Shown piece by piece: positions 1-8,212 of a DNA stretch of 24,366 bases. Source of the stretch: a virus (lineage: Duplodnaviria; Caudoviricetes); the IMG/VR virus record IMGVR_UViG_3300031965_000132, positions 1 through 24,366 of that record; one strand, written 5' to 3'. The first letter of the stretch is position 1. Each line of letters starts with the position of its first letter. Below the pieces are notes generated by a model. It ran no database searches. It was not told the DNA's origin and saw nothing but the letters and a program-made list of their open reading frames with translations. Both the position numbers and the translations under genes were made by a program.

Positions 1-260
1 GATACCTCGTTGTTCCTTGAGTGTTCCTATTCTATTCTTATTGTATTCTTTGATGGTGATATCTTATGGTGCGGTGCGGTAGGGAGTGGGAGATGTCCCA
101 CTGGGGTATCAATTTTTTGTGATCGGGAGTGGGGTGCGGCCCTCTCTATGTCCTGTACCCTGTGGATCTGAGAGGTAGTTTAGAATGAGACTAATTCGCA
201 ACGTATACCATTGAAATAGGCTCGTTCCGACTACTCGACCCTATCCCTTTGATCGATCGG
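1..260. other. AT-richer, strand-biased non-coding segment (possible element boundary, terminus or origin-like region)
   Basis: T-rich + strand at 1-70, repeats GGTGCGG (x3) and GGGAGTGGG (82-90, 125-133), inverted repeat AGTGGGA-gatg-TCCCACT (85-102); no convincing ORF; visibly lower GC than the rest. Confidence 0.5.
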
Positions 261-261
261 A

Positions 262-384
262 TCATCGCACGTACTCTTGAATGTCGATGCCCTGGTACAC
301 GACTTTGAGCACGGCGCGGTCGCGCAGGTGCTCGCAGGCCAGGGCCACAACCTTGGGCACCGGCCAGTCGGCGCGCTCGCCGCG
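262..384 (-). pseudogene. 5'-truncated remnant of a small XRE-family HTH gene
   Basis: Frame reads RGERADWPVPKVVALACEHL, resembling the post-recognition-helix end (YERGE..P(I/V)PKxVALAC) of small XRE HTH proteins; no HTH N-terminus or usable start; similarity begins next to a G7 run (390-396). Confidence 0.45.
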
Positions 385-407
385 GCAAAGGGGGGGTAGG
401 AGATGGC

Positions 408-692
408 CTACTTGAAAAAATCCATCAGCCCTCTGGCTTGTCCCTGCACGACGCGCCAGTAATCGTCCCACCGGCCCTCACGGATCATCTTCATCTGCTC
501 GTCCATGTTTCGGAGGACCGAATACGGCTTCTGTGGGCCGTTGATGAGGTAATCGAGGTTGTGCGATCGCCTGAGCGATTGCGGCCCGAAGAGGTCTCGC
601 TGCGGCATGGTGGACGACAGGAGGGCCGACAGCAAGCCTTGATAGTCCTGCGGCTGAAGAGTTGACGGCCAGTAGAGCGGGGCTTCGTTCAT
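408..692 (-). CDS. Hypothetical protein (94 aa), possible internal virion protein
   Basis: ATG at 692 with GAGGA SD; MNEAPLYWPS...GLMDFFK; carries GLL/GLMDFF motifs shared with ejection proteins. Confidence 0.65.
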   Translation of the reverse strand: MNEAPLYWPSTLQPQDYQGLLSALLSSTMPQRDLFGPQSLRRSHNLDYLINGPQKPYSVLRNMDEQMKMIREGRWDDYWRVVQGQARGLMDFFK

Positions 693-700
693 GTCGTCCT

Positions 701-931
701 CTAGAGGATCTTGGCGAACACCACGTTCACCAGCCATGCGCTCGCCGATAGAAGCACTCCGATTATGCCGATGTACAGACCGCGCGCCAATCGGTTGATC
801 CGTCCGTGCAGCTCCCTATCGCCGCCTTCGATCTTGTCGGCGAGCTTGTCGATCTTCGCGCCGACCGCCTCGTGCTGCTTTTCGTTCGCTCGCACGAAGT
901 CCCGAAACTCGCTGCGGGGCACGCCGAACAT
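701..931 (-). CDS. Small membrane protein with coiled coil and C-terminal TM helix (holin/XhlA-like)
   Basis: Charged helical N-terminus then LYIGIIGVLLSASAWLVNVVF; lies directly after the tail fibre. Confidence 0.6.
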   Translation of the reverse strand: MFGVPRSEFRDFVRANEKQHEAVGAKIDKLADKIEGGDRELHGRINRLARGLYIGIIGVLLSASAWLVNVVFAKIL

Positions 932-934
932 GCG

Positions 935-1816
935 TTAAGTGATCCGGAAGCCGCTGATGCGCGTGAGGTTGTTCGCCGACCCTGCGATATCGACGGTTTT
1001 CGTGCCCCCACTGATTTGAAGCAACGCCGTCGCTGTTTGCCCCGCCGTCATTTGAATGATGGCCAACCCGTTCAGACAGACAACATTACTACTAGCATCG
1101 TATATCGCAAATGGGTTGCCTTGCCAAATTCGATACGAGTTCCCGGCGATCGCAATGTTAAAGTTACCGCTGGTATGCGACGACGTAAGCGGTCCGAAAG
1201 TCACGGATGCCTGGATAAGGTACACACCGTCCATCGGCGCGGTGAAGGTATCCGTCGCGAAGTTTTCGCCGTAGTCAAAAGACTTCGTCCCGTAGACGAT
1301 GGTGTAGGAAGTATTGTCGCCCGTTACGAGGCTTTGCGTCGTCGTGTTGCGGTAGCCGAATGCGACCGGGGCGTTGCCGATGCCTGGCCCAGGGTCGCGC
1401 AGGATCCATCGCGTGCCGTCCCAATGAAATTGATGGGCGCGAGCGCGAATGTCGCCACGCTGCAACACCGTCGGCGTGCTGCCGACGATCTTCCGGACGG
1501 GCTGCGGCCCAAGTGAAGAGAAGGCGAGCGTCGGGCTCGTGCTGGCGTTGGCGATACCCATTCGGATGTTGACGATTTCATGGAGCCTATATCCGTCCAT
1601 CGATTGCGTCGGGGTAACGAGATAGGAGTCCGCCGTGCTCTGTGTCGCCCCATAGGTGGGATTGGCGCGGTTGTACCAGCGTTTCAATGCGCCCTTGTCG
1701 GCTCGTGCCGTAGGCTCGACGGCATTGGGGAACATCCCCGCCGGCCAGCCCTCGGGCGGGAACTGATTGTTGTTGTTGTCCACCTCCGTCCATGAGGTCG
1801 TGGCGAGATCGCTCAT
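935..1816 (-). CDS. Tail fibre / receptor-binding protein with C-terminal C1q-like domain
   Basis: N-terminal anchor-like WTEVDNNN..PPEGWPAGMFPNAV; C-terminal VAF...F..DTFTAPMDGVYLIQASV...ISGFRI follows the C1q/TNF-like pattern. Confidence 0.75.
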   Translation of the reverse strand: MSDLATTSWTEVDNNNNQFPPEGWPAGMFPNAVEPTARADKGALKRWYNRANPTYGATQSTADSYLVTPTQSMDGYRLHEIVNIRMGIANASTSPTLAFSSLGPQPVRKIVGSTPTVLQRGDIRARAHQFHWDGTRWILRDPGPGIGNAPVAFGYRNTTTQSLVTGDNTSYTIVYGTKSFDYGENFATDTFTAPMDGVYLIQASVTFGPLTSSHTSGNFNIAIAGNSYRIWQGNPFAIYDASSNVVCLNGLAIIQMTAGQTATALLQISGGTKTVDIAGSANNLTRISGFRIT

Positions 1817-2004
1817 CGGCGCGGCCTCAACTTGTTCGGGCGCTTGCCCTTGCGGCTTTTTTCGGAGAACCGTTTGAGGATGCCGGTGCCCTTGTCGGCG
1901 GCATTGAATTCCTTCCCGATCTTCTGCGGCACTCCACCGAAGCCGCCAGGCGTATGGGCCGCCGCAGCCATCAAGCGGGCTTGCGCTGGCGATTTCGACG
2001 GCAT
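1813..2004 (-). CDS. Small basic phage protein (63 aa)
   Basis: Strong SD (GGGGAGAGG); MPSKSPAQARLMAAAAH...VPQKIGKEFNAADKG resembles a recurring small phage protein; ATGA overlap with the tail fibre. Confidence 0.8.
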   Translation of the reverse strand: MPSKSPAQARLMAAAAHTPGGFGGVPQKIGKEFNAADKGTGILKRFSEKSRKGKRPNKLRPRR

Positions 2005-2016
2005 TATCCTCTCCCC

Positions 2017-2151
2017 ATGCTTTGGGAATTCTTGATCGATATCCTCGCCGGCCTCTTCATCGCGCGCCTCATCGTGTGGCTCATCGACGAGCGGGCGATG
2101 GAGAGGGAACGGCGCCGCTTGCCCCGCCCACGCCCATCGTCGCCAGCCTGA
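2017..2151 (+). CDS. Possible small antisense membrane peptide (44 aa)
   Basis: MLWEFLIDILAGLFIARLIVWLI followed by an Arg-rich tail; overlaps the 3' end of 2081-3055; no clear SD. Confidence 0.35.
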   Translation: MLWEFLIDILAGLFIARLIVWLIDERAMERERRRLPRPRPSSPA

Positions 2152-3055
2152 CGAGAAGATCGCGTATCGCGGGATGTGCGGTGAGGTAGTTCGCTCCCGC
2201 GAGGGTACCGGCCGTTCCCGCCACGCCTGCGGCCATCATCGGGTTCGACATGAGCATGTTGAGGATCGGCCCTGCGTTCTCGAGCGCGGCATAGCTTCCG
2301 CCGCCCAAGCCGCCGGCCTTCGCCCATGCGGGAAGCGCGTTCGCCACGACGCGCGGCAGATGCGAAACCTTCCCGAGTCCGGCCATGACCGGAGCCGCCG
2401 CCGTGCCGATGGCGCCGCCCATCACCGCGCCTTCCTTCGCGGCCTCTCCGACGTCGTTGCCCGCACTCAGCGCGCCGAGCGTAGCCGCTTGCGCGCCTTC
2501 GCGCGCGCCCATGGCTCCGCGGCTCAACGCCTTCACGCCTTCGGCATAGAGCTTATCGATTCCGTGGATCTTGGCGAACTGTCCCGTCGCCGTGCGAGAC
2601 ACCATCGGCACGTCGGGAGACCCGGCGAGGAAACGTCCGGTCGGCCCGAGACCTTTCAACCCCATGTTGATGAGCTCGCCCCCGGCAAGCATGCCCGGCA
2701 ACATTCCGATGGTTTCGCCGACTCCGGTCCATGTCGGCTGTTCGCGTTCCTGCGCCCGCGCCGCCATCTCGGCGCGTTGTTTCGCCTGATCGTAGGAGAA
2801 TCCGGGAGGCAGTTCCTCGCCGCGTACACGCGATCCGAGTTCCGCGCCCAGGCCCACCACCTTCGGCATGAGGTCGGTCAGGCGCCCGCCCAACGCTCCC
2901 GAGGCCATCGGATACCACCACGGCATTTCGTCGCGCGGTTGCGCTTCGGCCGCATGCTCTTTGAACAGATCGCGCGGTTGCGGCGCCCGGGACGGCGATG
3001 CGCTCATGCCGCCCTTCGGTTCGATGCCATGCTCTTTGAACAGGTCCGCCATCAT
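2081..3055 (-). CDS. Putative DNA ejection / internal virion protein (324 aa)
   Basis: Ala/Gly-rich glycine-zipper helices, duplicated N-terminal DLFKEH motif, last of three coupled ejection-like genes. Confidence 0.7.
   Translation of the reverse strand: MMADLFKEHGIEPKGGMSASPSRAPQPRDLFKEHAAEAQPRDEMPWWYPMASGALGGRLTDLMPKVVGLGAELGSRVRGEELPPGFSYDQAKQRAEMAARAQEREQPTWTGVGETIGMLPGMLAGGELINMGLKGLGPTGRFLAGSPDVPMVSRTATGQFAKIHGIDKLYAEGVKALSRGAMGAREGAQAATLGALSAGNDVGEAAKEGAVMGGAIGTAAAPVMAGLGKVSHLPRVVANALPAWAKAGGLGGGSYAALENAGPILNMLMSNPMMAAGVAGTAGTLAGANYLTAHPAIRDLLVRLATMGVGGASGAVPSPSPARR
2953..3043. repeat. 16-bp direct repeat CATGCTCTTTGAACAG (2953-2968, 3028-3043) within the duplicated DLFKEH motif
   Basis: Exact match read from the sequence. 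Confidence 0.9.
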
Positions 3056-4578
3056 TCGAACTCGAGCTCGGGATTGGCCGCCTTCAATCGGCGCTTCACT
3101 TCGGCGGCCGTCAAGCCGTAGATTTTTCCGGTCTCTTCCAAATCGGCTTTCGATATCGGCGCCGGCTTGCCGGTGGGGACTGGATCGCCCGGCTTCAATC
3201 CTTCATGGATCACTTTCTGGTAGATCGCCTTCACGCGCTTGAGGTTGGGGAGGAACTGCTCGTCGCGTTGCGACTGTTCCAAGCTACCCATCGCCGATTG
3301 CAGCATTTGGTTTTCGTAGTTCGAGACCTGGCCCAAGGCACCGCCGGTCGGCGAGGCATCGCGCATCGCCTGCAGCCTGTCGAAGGCGACATTCGATTTG
3401 ATGCCGACAAGGAGTTGTTGGGCGTCGTGTTGCGGCGTGCCGGGGATTGTCTTGAGAACCGACCATCCGCCGGTAATCGGCCATCGTCCCTTCTCTACCA
3501 TGTCGATCACGCGGTCGATGTCGGTCGAAACGAGGTCGGCCGCCGTGGCGCGCCGCCCTTGCTCGCGCGATTGTCCGGTCGCCGCGCGTTCCGCCGTCGT
3601 CCCCCCGATGGGCACGGCCATGGGCCGTCCGGCTCCCGTCTTCGGATCTTTCTCGAGCATGATCGATCCGTCGGGATTGCGCGCCCAAGCCATGTCCTTC
3701 GGCGGCTCTCCGTAGCCTTGGTTCAATCCCATGTTGACCAAGGCCGGGCTGTTGGGATTGGTATAGATCGGTGTCGGTTTTTCCTGTGCCTGCGGTCCCG
3801 GGCCGGTCGGTTGCATGCCCGGCAACGGAACGGGCGATTGAAGCTGCATCACGCTCGCTCCCGGCCCGACGTTCTGAGGCTTCGACCACGCTTCCCATAC
3901 GCTCGCTTGCGCCTTCGGCACCTCCGTTCCGAGGCTCTTGGAAGCGGCTTCGCCGGTCAGGAATTGATTGTAACCGGGCCGCGCGTTGATCGAGCCGTCC
4001 ACCCCCATATAGGAGCCTTCGGGCACACCCTTCTGCATGATGCCGAGGATGCCCGCGGCGACTTGCTGCATCCCCGGCGTCGAGGCGGCGATCCGGTATT
4101 GATCTTGAAGGTTCGCCGCGTCGAACAGCGGCGCAACGCCCCCTGGGGAACCGCCGGACGGTTGCTGAGAGGCAAGAGGCGCCGCTTGGGGGGTAGCACC
4201 ACCGCCCGGCTGTGGAGGCGCTACGGGCGAGGGGCCGCCCATGCCTCCCCCCATCGTCGGGCCGACCATGCCGGCCATCGTCGGCGGTGTGGCGCCTCCC
4301 ATCGCCTGTTGAAGGCGCTGGTAGCCTTGCAGCGTGAGGTCGTTCAATTGGTTTTGCGTCTGTTGCCCCTGCGCCTGTAGCCCGGCTCCGTAGCCTTGTC
4401 CGAAGCCGCCCGCGGCCTGCCCCAAAGTGTAGCCGAGGCCGGGCCGCGCCAGTGGAAGCCGGGACGCCGGCTGAGGTGCGTTGGCGTTGCTCACCGCCTG
4501 CGCCATGCCCAGCAGCCCCATCATCTGCGGCGAAATATTGAAGTCCTTGTTGAAGAAATCCAGGAGTCCGCCGGCCAT
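3052..4578 (-). CDS. Putative DNA ejection / internal virion protein (508 aa)
   Basis: Gln/Gly/Pro-rich N-half; C-terminal IKSNVAFDRLQAMRDASPTGGALGQVSNYENQML pattern typical of podophage DNA-transfer proteins. Confidence 0.78.
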   Translation of the reverse strand: MAGGLLDFFNKDFNISPQMMGLLGMAQAVSNANAPQPASRLPLARPGLGYTLGQAAGGFGQGYGAGLQAQGQQTQNQLNDLTLQGYQRLQQAMGGATPPTMAGMVGPTMGGGMGGPSPVAPPQPGGGATPQAAPLASQQPSGGSPGGVAPLFDAANLQDQYRIAASTPGMQQVAAGILGIMQKGVPEGSYMGVDGSINARPGYNQFLTGEAASKSLGTEVPKAQASVWEAWSKPQNVGPGASVMQLQSPVPLPGMQPTGPGPQAQEKPTPIYTNPNSPALVNMGLNQGYGEPPKDMAWARNPDGSIMLEKDPKTGAGRPMAVPIGGTTAERAATGQSREQGRRATAADLVSTDIDRVIDMVEKGRWPITGGWSVLKTIPGTPQHDAQQLLVGIKSNVAFDRLQAMRDASPTGGALGQVSNYENQMLQSAMGSLEQSQRDEQFLPNLKRVKAIYQKVIHEGLKPGDPVPTGKPAPISKADLEETGKIYGLTAAEVKRRLKAANPELEFE

Positions 4579-5565
4579 CTAGAACAGCCCCCCGAGCAAC
4601 CCGCCCCCGACCGCGCCGATGCCCATGCCCCAGGGACCGAACATGCTCCCGAGCGATGCGCCGCCCATCGCTCCGCTCAACGCTCCGCCCAATCCTCCGC
4701 CGCCGCTTTGCGCAAAGTACGGACTTTCCAGCGTCGAGGTTCCGCCGTAGGAACCGCCGATGGAGGCGTTGTACCAATTCAATAAGTCGTAGGGCGACGT
4801 CTGCTCGTAATTGTAGCGCGAGAGCTGGTCATTGATGACGTTCTGGCGCAATCCCTGTTCGGTCGCGCCCGCGCCATAGAGCTGAGCCGCATCGGTGTAA
4901 GGCACCTGTTGGAGTTGCGGTGCGAGTAGGGCCGCCTGATTTTGCTGTTGCGCGGCTTGACCGTAATTCTGCGACAGTCCTTGCGCGCCTGCTTGCTGCG
5001 CCGCGAGCACGATGGGCGCGGCGGCGTTGGCGATGCCTTGCGACACGCCGTAGGCCGCGCCGGGCGAGTTCAATCGATTGCCCTGCGTGAAGGTGTCGAG
5101 AAGTCCCGGCGTTGCGTTTTGCACGGCTGAATTGACGGCCGCCTGCATCGCCGGGCCGTTCGCGAGCGTCTGGAATCCAGCGTTGCCTGGATTGGACGCG
5201 AGGAATTCTGGGCTCAGGATGTTGCGTGCCGAAGCGCTCGCGGCACCGCCGACCGTCGCCGCCGGATTGGCAAGATTGCCCCCCGCGATGTCGTTGACCG
5301 CAGACAAAGCGCGCTCTTGATTAAACCCGGCGGGCGCGTAGGTCTGGCCGGGGAAATATTGCGGTCCCCCGGCATCGTACAGTTCGAATGCCGACTGGAA
5401 CGTGCCCGGGATCCGCTTGCTGACGAAAGCCTGCGTGTCCGGATTGAACCAATTCGAGGTGTTTCCGCCCGCCAGATACGGCTGCTGGCCCGACCACGGA
5501 TCGGCTTTTTGAACCGTGGTGGTGGTGCCCGAAGGTTGCTGTTGGGACGAACCGCCGCCGCTCAT
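4579..5565 (-). CDS. DNA pilot/ejection protein (P22 gp7-like position, 328 aa)
   Basis: ATG 5565 in ATGA overlap; MSGGGSS...TTTVQKADPWSGQQPYL start and C-terminal Gly zipper GGLGGALSGAMGGASLGSMFGPWG..GGLLGGLF. Confidence 0.8.
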   Translation of the reverse strand: MSGGGSSQQQPSGTTTTVQKADPWSGQQPYLAGGNTSNWFNPDTQAFVSKRIPGTFQSAFELYDAGGPQYFPGQTYAPAGFNQERALSAVNDIAGGNLANPAATVGGAASASARNILSPEFLASNPGNAGFQTLANGPAMQAAVNSAVQNATPGLLDTFTQGNRLNSPGAAYGVSQGIANAAAPIVLAAQQAGAQGLSQNYGQAAQQQNQAALLAPQLQQVPYTDAAQLYGAGATEQGLRQNVINDQLSRYNYEQTSPYDLLNWYNASIGGSYGGTSTLESPYFAQSGGGGLGGALSGAMGGASLGSMFGPWGMGIGAVGGGLLGGLF

Positions 5566-5972
5566 AGCGCTTTCTCCACCAGAACGTGCGTCCGCTTGTA
5601 GCCGAACTTTCGAAGATGGAACTCCCATCCTGGCGCGCAAATGATTTCCATGCGGGCGACCTTGTTGATTTTGGCCCACCGCTCGATGACCTCGATGTGC
5701 GCGGCGCTCTCCCCGGCCCCCTTGCCGTTCGCTCCTACGAAGCGTCCGACGGTTTGCCGCGGATAGTTCAAAATTTCGGTCAGGGCGACTCCTGTCGGCA
5801 CGCCGTCCTTCAAAGCGGCCCACAACTGCATGTCGCGCGCCACAACGGCTTTCGCGTAGTCGCTAGCCAAGAACTTTCCATCGCTGTTCGACGCCATGCT
5901 TTCGAGGAACGGCCCGACTTCGGGCCACGCCTCGGTCAGCAAATGGGAGGGGACGGCAACGAGATCGGTCAC
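5562..5972 (-). CDS. GNAT-like (acetyltransferase-fold) virion assembly protein
   Basis: W..V.PFL...QLW...G..LTEI..YP...IERWAK....ME...PGW..L.KFGY pattern, in the usual slot before ejection genes; GTG 5972 in GTGA overlap (alternative ATG 5981). Confidence 0.7.
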   Translation of the reverse strand: MTDLVAVPSHLLTEAWPEVGPFLESMASNSDGKFLASDYAKAVVARDMQLWAALKDGVPTGVALTEILNYPRQTVGRFVGANGKGAGESAAHIEVIERWAKINKVARMEIICAPGWEFHLRKFGYKRTHVLVEKAL

Positions 5973-6295
5973 AGCGCCCATCCCGGAAGAAGCCCTTGCA
6001 GCATGTTCATGTCGAGACCCGCCATCGGGGCATTGCCGGACGGGTTCCCCCCGCCTTTGCCTTTCTGCATCATCATGAGGAGAGGGAGGAGACCGCTCAT
6101 GCCGCCCATCGCGCCGCCTTGCTGCCCTTGCTGAGGAACCGGCGGCGCCATCATCGGCGGCATTCCGCCCATCGCCCCCGCTCGCGGAGCCGCGGTCAAC
6201 TGCGGTGCCTGCGGCGTCGCCTGCGGCCGGTTCATCTGCATCAATGCGGCGAGCATCATCGGGTTGATCTGTCCGCCCATGCCCGGCCCGATCAT
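5969..6295 (-). CDS. Met/Gly/Pro/Gln-rich low-complexity protein (108 aa)
   Basis: ATG 6295 with AGGAG SD; fills the gap between neighbours; stop overlaps the next GTG. Confidence 0.7.
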   Translation of the reverse strand: MIGPGMGGQINPMMLAALMQMNRPQATPQAPQLTAAPRAGAMGGMPPMMAPPVPQQGQQGGAMGGMSGLLPLLMMMQKGKGGGNPSGNAPMAGLDMNMLQGLLPGWAL

Positions 6296-6305
6296 CGTGT
6301 TTCTC

Positions 6306-6677
6306 CTACCCGAATATCCCGAACCTGATCGTCTTGTCGGCGTCCGCGGTGTCGTTGTGGTGAGCGACGATGGTAGCCGTTGTAGATCCGGCCCCTCCCG
6401 TCGGGGCATCGAACCAAATTCCCGCTGCGATGGCGACCGCCCCGGAAAGCGACAGCGCCATGAGCGGCGTGACCGCAGAATAGTACCCGATCCGGGAGTC
6501 CGCAATCACGGTCGCGCCGGTGTTGGCGGCGAGCGTCACATCGACCGTGCAATTGATCTTGCCGATGGAGAGAGAGTTGACGCGCCGCGCGATCTGGCGG
6601 CGATGCTCCGCCGAGTTCGGCAGGAATTCCGGGACGCCCGGAAACCCGACGACGGTGGAGACGGAGGTCTGCGCCAT
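6306..6677 (-). CDS. Small tail-associated protein (123 aa)
   Basis: ATG 6677 in TGATG overlap; R.IA..VN....GK.N....VTL......T...D.RIG..S pattern recurrent after podophage nozzle genes. Confidence 0.75.
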   Translation of the reverse strand: MAQTSVSTVVGFPGVPEFLPNSAEHRRQIARRVNSLSIGKINCTVDVTLAANTGATVIADSRIGYYSAVTPLMALSLSGAVAIAAGIWFDAPTGGAGSTTATIVAHHNDTADADKTIRFGIFG

Positions 6678-8212
6678 CAGTACCGCGCGCCATCGGGCGC
6701 TCCTTCCAATTCGACGCCGGACAGGTGAGTCCAACTCGCGCCGGCCGGCACGGTGATCCGCGCGCGCGCGTATCGTCCGACCGAACGTTGCGGAGACTGC
6801 CCAAGCGCGTTCATCGCGATGGCCGAGCCGAAGACCGGATCGTCCACCTGACGGTTTCGGAGACCGAGCGATACGGTCGGCGCGCCACCATCGATGATCG
6901 GACGCGCGTTGAAAATGCGCGTCGTGCGTCCGGCGACGGGTTGAACCTCCGCCGTCTCAACGGACGCTTCCAAGGTTTCGCCCGTGAAGAAATTGAGCTT
7001 GTGGGTCTTGTCGAACAGCGCCAACAGGGCGTTGCCGCCCTGCCAAACCCGGCTGTCGAGCGGGAAGGGCAGGTTGTCCAGCGTGTACCCGAGGATCGTG
7101 TAGAGTTGATCGAGCGTGTAGCCGAACGACAGCCCGCGCGCGATAAGCTCGAATCCCTCGTCAAGCGGGATGGCGTCGCTCCACCTGTCGAGTTGCCAGT
7201 TGTAGATGAGCATCCGATTGCACAGGTAGCCATCGTGGCCTTCGCCGGGATAGGCGACGATGTAGAGCTTGTTGATCGGGTCGATGGCCGACGAAATCGA
7301 GCCGTAGAAACTTTGATCCAGGTCGCCGTAGAACGTCTTGTCCACCTTGTTGGCGCCGATGGGCCGCGACTGCGCGCCATCGAACACGTAGAAACCATCC
7401 TCGCCGAGGTAATAGACCAAGGCTCCGAGCTGGGCGATCGATCCTGGGGCCGGTGTCCCGCGCACGCCTTCGGCCGGATAGAACCCGAACACGGTTTGGC
7501 CACCCTCCCATACCGCGCGGTAGATGGCGTGCTCCATGAAGATCGCGCCATCCGCTCCACCCAGGCCGCCAACGATGCCCTGTATCCAGCCGCCTTCCCC
7601 AAGCAAATCCTGGAAGCTCGTCTGAAATTGCTGTGCGGTAGCCGAGCCCGGCGTGTCGAAGTTCGTCGGGTTGCCGTTCCGCGACCACCACGCGCGTTGC
7701 GGTTGATCGCCGAACACGGCGTCGGTCGTGTTGGCGAGCATGAGAAAGGATTTGATCGTGGCGCCGTAACGGGCACTCGGCGGATCGGCGGTCGTGATGA
7801 GGTCGGCAAAATCGGAGGAGCTTCCGAGCAGGAAGGACTGCGGCACGGCGCCGATGTTGAGCGCCACGACCCGCGTGCCATAGAGCAGGAATTTCCATTG
7901 CGAGGCCGCCGCGATGGAATAATCGCCCGCCTTGCTCACGTCCGTCCATGACGAAGTCGCCGCGGTGAACTCGTAGAGCTTCGTCGCATCGCCCGCGAAG
8001 CCGTGAATGAGACCGTCGCCGTCGAGCCCGAAGTACGCTCCCTGACACCGAGCGCCCAAGGCGTTGCCGAGCGACGCCGGAGACGAAAGCGGTCCATAGC
8101 TCGACGGCGTGCGCGGGATCACGTTGCGCGCCCGCGCCGAAACGCCGCTCATATAGCTCGGCATGTCGGGTGCGTATTCCGCGGCGCGCAGGATGATCGG
8201 AGGGCGCATCAT
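6677..8212 (-). CDS. Tail nozzle / DNA stabilisation protein (P22 gp10, T7 gp12-like; 511 aa)
   Basis: ATG 8212 in ATGA overlap; beta-propeller-like repeats (VYYLGEDGFYVFDG, RMLIYNWQLDRWS); follows the adaptor. Confidence 0.85.
   Translation of the reverse strand: MMRPPIILRAAEYAPDMPSYMSGVSARARNVIPRTPSSYGPLSSPASLGNALGARCQGAYFGLDGDGLIHGFAGDATKLYEFTAATSSWTDVSKAGDYSIAAASQWKFLLYGTRVVALNIGAVPQSFLLGSSSDFADLITTADPPSARYGATIKSFLMLANTTDAVFGDQPQRAWWSRNGNPTNFDTPGSATAQQFQTSFQDLLGEGGWIQGIVGGLGGADGAIFMEHAIYRAVWEGGQTVFGFYPAEGVRGTPAPGSIAQLGALVYYLGEDGFYVFDGAQSRPIGANKVDKTFYGDLDQSFYGSISSAIDPINKLYIVAYPGEGHDGYLCNRMLIYNWQLDRWSDAIPLDEGFELIARGLSFGYTLDQLYTILGYTLDNLPFPLDSRVWQGGNALLALFDKTHKLNFFTGETLEASVETAEVQPVAGRTTRIFNARPIIDGGAPTVSLGLRNRQVDDPVFGSAIAMNALGQSPQRSVGRYARARITVPAGASWTHLSGVELEGAPDGARY

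Noticed and set aside
191-388. 65-aa ORF from the track
   Set aside because: TTG start without SD and no protein-like pattern; the overlapping frame explains the region better.
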